Assembly: GCA_029259155.1 (NCBI GenBank)
Contig: JAPDJI010000014.1
Coordinates: 30,280 to 94,279, forward strand
Direction: 5' to 3'
DNA length: 64,000 bases
Source of the DNA: Candidatus Methanomethylicia archaeon
GTDB lineage: Archaea; Thermoproteota; Methanomethylicia; Nezhaarchaeales; B40-G2
Below, piece by piece: positions 1 through 8,686 of this stretch (position 1 is the stretch's first letter; the number at the start of each line of letters is the position of its first letter). The notes under the pieces were generated by a model that saw nothing but the letters and a program-made list of their open reading frames with translations, was not told where the DNA came from and made no database searches. The position numbers and the translations under genes are program-made.

Positions 1-65
1 CAGGCAACCTCGCAAGCCCTACATCCAGTGCATTTGGATGGGTCAAACACCAGCTTGAGCTCCAC
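1..65 (-). CDS. 4Fe-4S dicluster (ferredoxin-like) protein, 5' part only, runs off window start; not in ORF track
   Basis: Minus strand GTG after GAGGAAGGTG reads MELKLVFDPSKCTGCRACEVA(C), a CxxCxxCxxxC motif. Confidence 0.8.
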   Translation of the reverse strand, partial: MELKLVFDPSKCTGCRACEVA

Positions 66-227
66 CACCTTCCTCATCCTCCCCGGGAGCTGCCTTATCG
101 TTCGAAATTCGCTTTAAAGCAGTTTCGCTCCTGTCCACATCGATTTTATCTAGAGCAATAGCTCTCAGGGTTACAGTTCTCATTAAACTTGAGAATAAAA
201 AACGGTGGAGCAAAAAAGCGGAGTGGC

Positions 228-1568
228 TTAAGCTTTCTTTAAGGCAGCCTCCGCTGCTAGCGTTATGGCGCTCCAAGTATCGGCTAAAGGAGGCGTATAG
301 CAGGTATCAGCTTTAGCTAGCTCATAAGCAGTCATACCCTTCTGGATAGCTAACGACAGTGCGTCTACGCGAGGCGCTACACCTTCACCGCCTAGGATTT
401 GAGCGCCGATGAGCTTCATGGAAGCCTTCTCGAAGATCAGCTTCACCCTTATGTCCTTAGCTCCAGGATAGTACTCCGCCCTTGTCTTCCAAGGTATAGA
501 GCCGACAACAACCTCCATGCCTGCTTGCCTGGCTTGCCACTCAGTCAGGCCTGTGAAGCCCACTTCAACGTCGAATAGCTTTGAAACCGCTGAACCTAAT
601 ACCCCTGGGAAGGTAGCATAGCCGCCTGCAGCGTTTATGCCTGCCACCTTACCCTGCTTCACTGCCGTGGTTCCTAGCTGACAAAGTACGGGCTGCATGG
701 TGACTAAGTGTACGCTCTCCACGCAGTCACCTGCTGCATAGATGTCTTCTACCGTAGTCTTCATCCTGGCGTCTACCTTAATCCCTCCAGTTACACCTAG
801 CTTACATCCAGCCTTGACCGCTAGGTCGGTGTTGGCTCTGACGCCTATCGCCATGACTACAAGGTCTGCGTCAACCTGTTCGCCTCCAGCAGCTACTGCC
901 TTAACGTGGTCATCGCCGAGTATCTCATCTGCCTTCGTGTTTAACATCAACTTGACGCCGTGAGCAGATATCTTGGTTTGAAGCAGCTTAGCCATGTCCT
1001 CATCTAGGATAGGTCTAAGAACTTGGTGTAGAGCTTCAATGACAGTTACCTTTACTCCTCTCTTCACCAACCCTTCAGCGGCTTCCAGCCCTACTAAGCC
1101 GGCGCCTATGACCACGGCGCTTTTAGCCTTCAAGGCTTCTTCAAGAATAGCTGAGGCATCAGGTATTGTTCTAAGCGGGTACACACCTTTCTTATCGTAG
1201 CCCTTAATACGGGGGACCACTGCTCTGGCTCCTGTGGTTAAGATTAAGGAGTCGTACTCGAAGGTTTCCTCCTTTCCATCAGGCCCTACTGCTTTAACTA
1301 CCTTAGCGCTATGGTCTATCTCTGTGACGGTGGTCTTGAGATGTAAGTCTATCTTCATCATTTTGTAGAACTCTGACTTATAGATGATGATATGGTCAAA
1401 CCCTTCGATGTCGCCGCCTATCACGAAAGGTAGGGCACAGCGTGAGTAGGCTGGTTTATCCTCAGCATCGATAACTTTTACCTCAACTTCTCTGCTGGTC
1501 CGTCTAGCATTGAGCGCAGCATCTAATCCAGCAGCTCCACCTCCGATCACAACTACTCGTTTAGCCAT
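228..1568 (-). CDS. FAD-dependent pyridine nucleotide-disulfide oxidoreductase (NADH oxidase / CoA-disulfide reductase family)
   Basis: GGGAAG FAD motif, YSRCALP single redox Cys, GAGLVG NAD motif, AAGD, C-terminal dimerisation domain. Confidence 0.9.
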   Translation of the reverse strand: MAKRVVVIGGGAAGLDAALNARRTSREVEVKVIDAEDKPAYSRCALPFVIGGDIEGFDHIIIYKSEFYKMMKIDLHLKTTVTEIDHSAKVVKAVGPDGKEETFEYDSLILTTGARAVVPRIKGYDKKGVYPLRTIPDASAILEEALKAKSAVVIGAGLVGLEAAEGLVKRGVKVTVIEALHQVLRPILDEDMAKLLQTKISAHGVKLMLNTKADEILGDDHVKAVAAGGEQVDADLVVMAIGVRANTDLAVKAGCKLGVTGGIKVDARMKTTVEDIYAAGDCVESVHLVTMQPVLCQLGTTAVKQGKVAGINAAGGYATFPGVLGSAVSKLFDVEVGFTGLTEWQARQAGMEVVVGSIPWKTRAEYYPGAKDIRVKLIFEKASMKLIGAQILGGEGVAPRVDALSLAIQKGMTAYELAKADTCYTPPLADTWSAITLAAEAALKKA

Positions 1569-1592
1569 CTTCCTCAGCCTTTCTTAGAGAGA

Positions 1593-2000
1593 CTACATAA
1601 TGGTCTTAAGCCACCCAGCCGCCTTATCGGCGGTCATTAAATTCTTTAGCTCTTCATCGAGGTTGCTAGCCTCTATTACCACCAGCCAGCCCTTACCGTA
1701 GGGGTCCTCGTTAAGTACTGAAGGGTTGCTTTGAACCTCAGCGTTAACCTCCTTAATGGTTCCGGATATCGGTGATATTAGGTCTACGGCTGCTTTTAAC
1801 GACTCGGCGCTGCCGAAGGCGTCGCCAACGTTCACGGTAGAGCCGGGATCTAGCAGGCTTATGTTTATGACCTGTTTCAGGTTCTTCTGTGCATAGTCTG
1901 TTATGCCAACTCTAGCCTTGCCGTCCTCCACCTTAACCCACACGTGGTTCTCTGAGTAATACAGTCCTTCGGGAACCTCGTATTCTCCCACCGTAACCAA
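1593..2000 (-). CDS. gcvH: Glycine-cleavage H-like lipoyl carrier protein
   Basis: HVWV, VGITDYAQ, ESLKA lipoyl-Lys motif, NEDPYGKGW; TTG start. Confidence 0.92.
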   Translation of the reverse strand: MVTVGEYEVPEGLYYSENHVWVKVEDGKARVGITDYAQKNLKQVINISLLDPGSTVNVGDAFGSAESLKAAVDLISPISGTIKEVNAEVQSNPSVLNEDPYGKGWLVVIEASNLDEELKNLMTADKAAGWLKTIM

Positions 2001-2260
2001 ACTTTACGCACCCCTTTGAGCTTCGGTTGTAAGGTGTATTTAGAGTTTCTGCGCTGATTCCATGAACTAATGTAAACGTGAAGTCTTTTCGGGAAGAACT
2101 GGTAGGGCTGAGGCCTTAATTCAGCTACGAGAAATGATGGATCGGGGATAAGGGTTAAGAGGGGGATCGCTAAATCACTTCAAGTGAGTTGCCTAAAAAT
2201 ACAAAGCCTGGGAGGATCTAAAGCTCTCAGGCTTCTGGATAGCTTTGCTATGAGGGGTCA

Positions 2261-3382
2261 TTGATGTCGGAGGAGCTAAGAAGAGAGCTATCCTCCTGTA
2301 CAGATTGTAGGATGTGTGACAATGTCTGTCCCTTCTACCTCGCTACGGGAGACGAGTCCATAGGTGCCTGGAACAAGGTTAAAGTTGCTCAAGCTGTGCT
2401 AGGGGGCGATAGGCAGGTCAGCGATGTATTGAGAGAACTGTACCTATGTACCTGCTGCGGAACCTGTGAGCTTGCCTGCCCCTTTAATATCCCGATATCT
2501 GAGGCAGTTAGAGCTTTAAGGAGCTTAGCTGTCAAGGAGCGTTGCGCTCCGGAACCTGTCGTTAAGCTGTGTGAAGGGATAATCAACCAGGGATCGATGA
2601 CTGGTGAGGGGAAGGAGTTCTGGAGGAGCTGGATCCCCACTGAGGTGAATTTCCCTAGTGAAGCTGAGTACCTCTACCTTGTAGGTTGCATGATCCCCTT
2701 TAGGCTCCGTGATGTAGGCAGGGCTACGGTGGATATCTTGAAGGCAGCTGGCGTGGACTTCACAATTTTAGGTGAGGATGAGAGGTGTTGCGGCCTCCTC
2801 CTCGTGGATCACGGCTTCCTAGAAGAAGCTAAGACGGTCGCGGAGAGAAACCTATCGAGCGTAGAAGGGAGGAAGCCTAGCGTCGTTCTGATGGCGTGCG
2901 CCGCCTGCTACTATACGTACAAGCATGTTTACCAGAGGATCTATAGGAAACCTGAGTTTGAGGTGATACACGTAGCGGAGGCCTTAGCCGACCTCATCGA
3001 TCATGGGAGGATAAGCTTCAAGAAGCGGATTGATGAGAAGGTGGCCTTCCTTGACCCCTGCCACTTCGTGAAGGTCTCTGGTAAATACGAGATTCCCAGG
3101 AAGGTGATCGAGAACATTCCCGGGCTGAAGTTAATTGAGTTCCCGAGAAGCAGGGCTGAAGCGCTTTGTTGCGGCGCACCCGGAGGTATTAGGCTGGTGT
3201 CTAGGGATGTAGCGTTCTCCGCGGCTGGAATGATAGTTAAGGAGGCCCTCAAGCTGGAGGTTTCAAGGATCGTAACCTCCTGTCCGCTCTGCATGTATCA
3301 GCTTTCATGGGCTGCTGAAAAGCTGGGGGCGGGGAGGTTAAAGGTAACTGACCTTCCCTTGTTAGTGAAGGAAGCTCTCTGA
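2261..3382 (+). CDS. HdrD/GlpC-like Fe-S oxidoreductase (2x4Fe-4S plus two CCG domains)
   Basis: CTDCRMCDNVCP and CTCCGTCELACP; CCG motifs ERCCG..CAAC and DPC..LCCG..CPLC. Confidence 0.88.
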   Translation: MMSEELRRELSSCTDCRMCDNVCPFYLATGDESIGAWNKVKVAQAVLGGDRQVSDVLRELYLCTCCGTCELACPFNIPISEAVRALRSLAVKERCAPEPVVKLCEGIINQGSMTGEGKEFWRSWIPTEVNFPSEAEYLYLVGCMIPFRLRDVGRATVDILKAAGVDFTILGEDERCCGLLLVDHGFLEEAKTVAERNLSSVEGRKPSVVLMACAACYYTYKHVYQRIYRKPEFEVIHVAEALADLIDHGRISFKKRIDEKVAFLDPCHFVKVSGKYEIPRKVIENIPGLKLIEFPRSRAEALCCGAPGGIRLVSRDVAFSAAGMIVKEALKLEVSRIVTSCPLCMYQLSWAAEKLGAGRLKVTDLPLLVKEAL

Positions 3383-3451
3383 ACTTTGATCTCCACGCCC
3401 CGTTCTCATGGCTTATCACGCATGTAAAGCTTTAATGAAGAATTAATTAGG

Positions 3452-4486
3452 ATGGTAGACGTGAGACTGGTCGACGAGATGAGGCACTTGAAGCCTAGGT
3501 TAGTCAGGGTTTCCTACGGCTCAGCGGTAGTCTTAGGCTTAGCTAGGGGATGGCTTAAGACTAAACCGACCACCAGCTATCTCTTAACTTACTTAGAAGA
3601 GCGCTGCCTAGCTAACTGCGGTTTCTGTCCTCAAGCTAAAGATAGTAATGCTAGCCTAGACCTCCTATCCAGGGTGGAGTGGCCTCCTTACCCTGCTCAA
3701 GAAGTAGTGGAGAGGGCCGTGAACGCTTTAAGGCGAGGCTTATTGAAGAGAGCCTGCGTCCAAGTTGTTAACAGGCCTGAGGGCTTAAATCAGGCTTTAT
3801 GGCTCGTGGAACATGTAAGCCTAGGAGGAGAATTACCTGTATCAGTTTCTATACCTCCGTTAGGGCGTAGTGGGCTTGAAGCCTTTAAACGGACAGGGGC
3901 AGGCAGAGTCTCCATAGCGTTAGATGCTGCTAATCGCAGGGTCTTCGACGAGGTTAAAGGACTTAATGCTGGTGGGCCCTACACTTGGGATGGACACTGG
4001 AATGCGCTTAGAAAAGCCCTCGAGGTTTTTGGCCCTGGAAACGTGACGACCCACCTTATTGTGGGTCTTGGGGAAACTGAGAGAGACCTAGCACGCGTCA
4101 TCGATAAGCTATTATCGATAAAGGTACTCCCAGCCCTCTTCGCCTTCACTCCTATACCTGGTACTAGGCTTGAAGCGTTACCTCAACCTGAAGTAGCAAG
4201 CTATCGCCGCATTCAGCTTGTGAGACACTTACTGGTAAAGGGTATAGTTTCTCTTAAGGACCTGGAGTTTAACCATGTAGGGAGGCTTGTTCGCATAAAA
4301 GCTTCCAGCGAGGAGGTAATGAGAGAGATCGAGAGCGGTGAACCTTTCGAGACTTCAGGGTGTCCTGGATGTAATAGACCTTTTTACAACGAGAAACCTG
4401 GAGGGCCTCTCTATAATTACCCAAGACCTTTAAGCAGAAAAGAGGTGGAGGAGGCCTTAAGCCTGCTGAGAGACGTGGTAGCCTGA
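3452..4486 (+). CDS. lipS2: Radical SAM lipoyl synthase subunit, LipS2 type
   Basis: CLANCGFC plus C-terminal TSGCPGCNRP matching the LipS2 TxGCPxC(N/D)RP motif; adjacent to gcvH and lplAB. Confidence 0.8.
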   Translation: MVDVRLVDEMRHLKPRLVRVSYGSAVVLGLARGWLKTKPTTSYLLTYLEERCLANCGFCPQAKDSNASLDLLSRVEWPPYPAQEVVERAVNALRRGLLKRACVQVVNRPEGLNQALWLVEHVSLGGELPVSVSIPPLGRSGLEAFKRTGAGRVSIALDAANRRVFDEVKGLNAGGPYTWDGHWNALRKALEVFGPGNVTTHLIVGLGETERDLARVIDKLLSIKVLPALFAFTPIPGTRLEALPQPEVASYRRIQLVRHLLVKGIVSLKDLEFNHVGRLVRIKASSEEVMREIESGEPFETSGCPGCNRPFYNEKPGGPLYNYPRPLSRKEVEEALSLLRDVVA

Positions 4487-4595
4487 GAAGGAAATATTAA
4501 GGAAGTTGAAGGCTTATCAGCGACCTATATTGGGCGCTAAGGTCGTAGAGGAGTAAAAGATTATCTAATAGAGCTCTTTCTTTTGGGGGGCTGAA

Positions 4596-5045
4596 ATGAG
4601 GGTAGACAAGATGCAACCTGAATTAACTTTCCATGTACAGGTAGAGTGGGATGGCTCTACTGGAGGTGAGGCTAAACTCTCAGTACAGCCTCCCTTAAGG
4701 TTTGATACCCCAAGGGACTTCGGAGGCTCTGAAGCTGGCTATTGCCCAGAAGAGCTTTTCTTAGCGTCGTTGGCTGCTTGCTTAACCACAACCTTTGCTT
4801 ATCTAAGGCCTAAGCTAGGCTTAGAGGCTTCCTCGCTGAGGATAAATGCCACTGACCGCGTCGAGTTTAGAGACGGAGGCTACATGGTGACCGAGGCCTG
4901 GATGAAGGTGAAGCTGGAAGTTAGGAAAGGTCAGGCTGAGTTAGCGAGACAATGCGTGGAACTTGCTGCTGAGTACTGCCATGTAACTAGGTCAATAAGG
5001 AGATGTATACCTGTTCACTTAGAAGTAGAGGTGGTAGAGGTTTAA
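4596..5045 (+). CDS. OsmC/Ohr family protein
   Basis: FGG..PEELFLASLAAC and second Cys in AEYCHV. Confidence 0.88.
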   Translation: MRVDKMQPELTFHVQVEWDGSTGGEAKLSVQPPLRFDTPRDFGGSEAGYCPEELFLASLAACLTTTFAYLRPKLGLEASSLRINATDRVEFRDGGYMVTEAWMKVKLEVRKGQAELARQCVELAAEYCHVTRSIRRCIPVHLEVEVVEV

Positions 5046-5169
5046 TGAATAGGTCCATCCCCAACATTTACGAATTTTCTTTCAAGTCCTCTGCGGCGCA
5101 TTGATTAATCTAAAAGGCTTAATTAGATCTATGAGAGGATGAAATAATCCACCTAAGAGGTGGTGAAGG

Positions 5170-5946
5170 CTGACTGAGGAGTGGAGGCTTCTGAAGACAG
5201 GTAGTGGTGATGCCTACTGGAACATGGCTGTAGACGAAGCTATCTTAACAGCGAGAACTGAAGGCAAAGTGCCGAATACCTTGCGCCTATACACTTGGAA
5301 GCCCTCTGCAGTATCAATAGGCTTTTTCCAGAGCTTACACCACGAAGTGGACTTGGAGGAATGTCGTAATCTAGGAGTAGACGTAGTTAGACGCATAACT
5401 GGTGGAGGGGCAGTGTTTCATGACAGTGACGGTGAAGTGACCTATAGCGTAGTGGTGGCGGAGGCTGACTTGAAACGTATAACTCCTCACTCCACTATAC
5501 AGGAATCCTATGAAGCTCTATGTAAAGGTTTGCTGGAAGGGTTGAAAGAGCTAGCTATAGCAGCTGAGTTTAAACCAATAAACGATATACTCGTTGCTGG
5601 ACGTAAGATCTCAGGCAGTGCTCAGACTAGGCGTAGGGGCATTATTCTTCAGCATGGCACTTTACTGCTTAAAAGCGATATAAGAACCATGTTCAGGGTG
5701 TTGAAGGTCTCCAAGGAAAAAATAAGCGACAAGCTGATCAAGGAGGTGGAGGAGAGAGTTACCAATATATATCGTGAAACTGGCCGTGAACTAGCTGTCG
5801 AGGAGGTTATAGGTGCTCTCGTCAAAGGTTTTCAACGCGCATTAGGGGTCAAATTAAAGGAGGGCGAGCTGTCCCCATATGAGCTTAGCTTAGCTGAAGA
5901 GTTTAAGCATAGATATGCCTCAAAGGAGTGGCTTGAGCTTAGGTGA
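5170..5946 (+). CDS. lplA: Lipoate-protein ligase A, catalytic subunit (probable CTG start at 5170)
   Basis: WRLL..NMAVDEA, RRITGGGAVFHD, KISGSAQ, QHGT; frame opens after TGA 5164-5166, CTG follows SD GAGGTGGTGA. Confidence 0.9.
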   Translation: MTEEWRLLKTGSGDAYWNMAVDEAILTARTEGKVPNTLRLYTWKPSAVSIGFFQSLHHEVDLEECRNLGVDVVRRITGGGAVFHDSDGEVTYSVVVAEADLKRITPHSTIQESYEALCKGLLEGLKELAIAAEFKPINDILVAGRKISGSAQTRRRGIILQHGTLLLKSDIRTMFRVLKVSKEKISDKLIKEVEERVTNIYRETGRELAVEEVIGALVKGFQRALGVKLKEGELSPYELSLAEEFKHRYASKEWLELR

Positions 5947-6245
5947 ACGAGTTGAGGGTCGAGGCTGAACATAAGGTAGCTGGGGGTAAACTGGTTAGAG
6001 TAGAGCTTGAAGTAGAGGAAGGAGTGATTAAGAGGATCAAGATAACCGGTGACTTCTTTCTTTACCCAGAGGAAGCCGTTTTTAAGCTCGAGGAGGCTCT
6101 AAAAGGAGTTCGTGCTAGCAGTGAACTTGAAAAGCTCATAGAGCATGAACTATCTAAGCAGGGAGCTGAGCTCTTAGGGGCGTCTCCGGCAGACATAGCT
6201 ACGGCTATTAATAAGGCTTTAACCTCCATTAATCCTTGGCAATGA
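5943..6245 (+). CDS. lplB: Lipoate-protein ligase accessory (C-terminal) subunit
   Basis: HKVAGGKLV, ITGDFFLYPEE; GTGA overlap with lplA. Confidence 0.85.
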   Translation: MNELRVEAEHKVAGGKLVRVELEVEEGVIKRIKITGDFFLYPEEAVFKLEEALKGVRASSELEKLIEHELSKQGAELLGASPADIATAINKALTSINPWQ

Positions 6246-6356
6246 CAGGCCGTCTGCTAGTTGTAGAGAGCGAGGATGCAGTAGAAGGTCTTAAATAATT
6301 TTTTAAGCAAATCAGGATTAGTGGACTAAGCTTTATGATGCTTAAGGTGCTCTACA

Positions 6357-7571
6357 GTGAGGAGAGACCTCCTAGCTCTTATCGGTAACAGTATCTGTGT
6401 ATGGTTTCCAGGAGCCGTAACCTTCGGCCTCATAGGTCTCCTCACCCCTACTTGGGCAGAGATGTTTGGTGTAGGTCGTGGCCCTCTAGGTTTAGTCATG
6501 ACGTTTCTTCTAGCATCGCTAGGGTTATTCATGTTTCTTGGAGGAAGATGGTCCGATAGGTATGGAGCCAGACTGATAGCTACTATAGGTTCAATAATCG
6601 CAGCGGTATCCTTGGCACTCTTCACTTTCTCTGAAAGCTTAGACATGTTATACCTACTAGCCTTTAGCTGGGGCGCTGGGATATGCCTAGTATACGTACC
6701 TACGGTCAGTAGCGCGCAGCGATGGTTTCCTCGAAGGAGGGGGATGGCGTCAGGAATAGTTAGCATGCTTTTCGGTATATCAGCGGCCTTCATGATCCCC
6801 GTCTTTCGTTACTGGATGGATAACCTAGGCTACTCTGCGACGCTTCTCATTACAGCTATACTTACTGTGGTGGTTGGAGTGCTTTCAGCCCAACTCATAG
6901 AGTTCCCGGAGAGATTAAGCCCTGTTTTGTTAGTTATATCTAAAAGGCTTGAAGAAAGTAAGGCTGAGAGAAAACAAGAGACTCTCTATACTTTGCGTGA
7001 AGCGCTGAAGACTAAGGCCTTTTGGCTTACATGGCTTACATGGGCTCTATGTGGAGGGGCAGGTATAGGCATGGTTGTATTTTCCACGTCGATCAGCTTA
7101 GAACTGGGGCTCACCACTGCGATGGCGGCTACTGCCTTGGCTGCCTTTAACCTAACCAATGGGCTTGGGAGGATGATGAGCGGAATACTTTCTGACAGGA
7201 TTGGGAGGGTCACGGTTATGTCTTCGCTTTACATAGCGGGTGCAGGAGGCTTCTTCCTTTTACTGGCTGGTAAAGGCCTTCCACACATTGTATTGCTATC
7301 CAACCTCCTTGCTGGACTAGCTTTCGGGACGTTGTTCGCGGTGTCAGCCCCCTTCATCATGGATTGCTTCGGCACTAAACACTATGGTGCCATCTTTGGC
7401 TTCACCTTCACTGCCTATGGTTTTGTTGGAAGCTGGATAGGACCCTTCATAGGAGGCCTTCTAAGAGATCTGACAGGTAGTTACCAAGTAACTTGCTTAG
7501 TGTTTGGCTTATACTGTTTAGCCTCAGCAGCCTCGATTTTTCTAGCTAAACCCCCTCACTCTAAACCCTAG
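6357..7571 (+). CDS. MFS transporter, oxalate/formate antiporter-like
   Basis: About 12 hydrophobic segments, GRWSDRYG, QRWFPRRRGMASG, NGLGR..SDRIGR. Confidence 0.85.
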   Translation: MRRDLLALIGNSICVWFPGAVTFGLIGLLTPTWAEMFGVGRGPLGLVMTFLLASLGLFMFLGGRWSDRYGARLIATIGSIIAAVSLALFTFSESLDMLYLLAFSWGAGICLVYVPTVSSAQRWFPRRRGMASGIVSMLFGISAAFMIPVFRYWMDNLGYSATLLITAILTVVVGVLSAQLIEFPERLSPVLLVISKRLEESKAERKQETLYTLREALKTKAFWLTWLTWALCGGAGIGMVVFSTSISLELGLTTAMAATALAAFNLTNGLGRMMSGILSDRIGRVTVMSSLYIAGAGGFFLLLAGKGLPHIVLLSNLLAGLAFGTLFAVSAPFIMDCFGTKHYGAIFGFTFTAYGFVGSWIGPFIGGLLRDLTGSYQVTCLVFGLYCLASAASIFLAKPPHSKP

Positions 7572-7610
7572 AATCGAGTACGCTTCAGTTAATCTTAGAT
7601 TTGTTTCTAC

Positions 7611-8642
7611 TCAACATACTCTAGGTATCGGTTCCCCTATAGGAGTCTCCACGATCCTTTTACCGCCTACCTCAGTCTCTAGGATAACGAAGCCAGACCT
7701 CTCAGCTGTAGCCTCACCGATAATGGCTGCCCCTCTACCATGCTTTGTAGTCTTAATGGCGCTGAGGACTTCCTCGGCCTTATCACGCTTAACCCCTAGC
7801 ACTGCTCTACCTTCACAGGTAACCTCTAAAGGATCTAGGCCAAGCATCTCAGAGGCGGCCCTAACCTCAGGCTTAACGGGTATAGAGGCCTCCCAAAGAC
7901 TTATGCCCACTCCTGACTTGCTAGCCATTTCATTTAACGCAGCTGCTAGTCCTCCGCGCGTCGGGTCTTTAGCAGCTGTCACTCCCCCTACTTTGAGAGC
8001 AGCCTCTATCACGTCCCATATCGGTGCTACGTCAGATACGAGCTTTGTTTCAAAGCTTAAACCTTCCCTGACGGAGGCTAAGGCTATTCCATGGTCGCCA
8101 ACCGTACCCGTCACTATTATTAAGTCTCCTGGCTTAAGCCCTGAGTCTCTAAGCGCGTTTCCCTGCTTTATGAACCCTACACCGCATGTAGTGATCACCA
8201 TATTGTCTAGGCGGCCTTTAGGCATCACCTTGAAGTCCCCGCTTATAATGGCGACCCCTGCTTCCTTGGCTGCCTCGTCCATTGACTTAGCTATACGTCG
8301 AAGGTCCTCCACGGGGAGGCCTTCCTCCACCACTATGGCGTCGACTATAGCTACTGGCTTAGCACCCATAACAGCTAAGTCGTTGACTGTTCCTGCCACG
8401 GCAAGCCTACCTATATCACCTCCCGGGAAGAAGATAGGATCCACGGTGTGGGAGTCTATTGTGACCACCACCTCAATGTCTCCTACAGGTATGGTAGCTC
8501 CATCGTCCAGCTCGTCGAGACCTATCCCCTCACCAACCTTCCTTAACGTAAAGTTAGGCATTAACACCTTAGCTAGCAGCTCTGACATCGCTGCGCCTCC
8601 ACCGCCATGTATTAGTTGGATGACATCCTTTGACAACTTCAA
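7611..8642 (-). CDS. hypE: Hydrogenase maturation carbamoyl dehydratase
   Basis: HGGGG, FFPGGDIGRLA, DPTRGG, C-terminal PRVC. Confidence 0.97.
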   Translation of the reverse strand: MKLSKDVIQLIHGGGGAAMSELLAKVLMPNFTLRKVGEGIGLDELDDGATIPVGDIEVVVTIDSHTVDPIFFPGGDIGRLAVAGTVNDLAVMGAKPVAIVDAIVVEEGLPVEDLRRIAKSMDEAAKEAGVAIISGDFKVMPKGRLDNMVITTCGVGFIKQGNALRDSGLKPGDLIIVTGTVGDHGIALASVREGLSFETKLVSDVAPIWDVIEAALKVGGVTAAKDPTRGGLAAALNEMASKSGVGISLWEASIPVKPEVRAASEMLGLDPLEVTCEGRAVLGVKRDKAEEVLSAIKTTKHGRGAAIIGEATAERSGFVILETEVGGKRIVETPIGEPIPRVC

Positions 8643-8686
8643 CGCCTCACCTCGACTACTCTCAACCCTCTTAAAAGTGCATTTAT

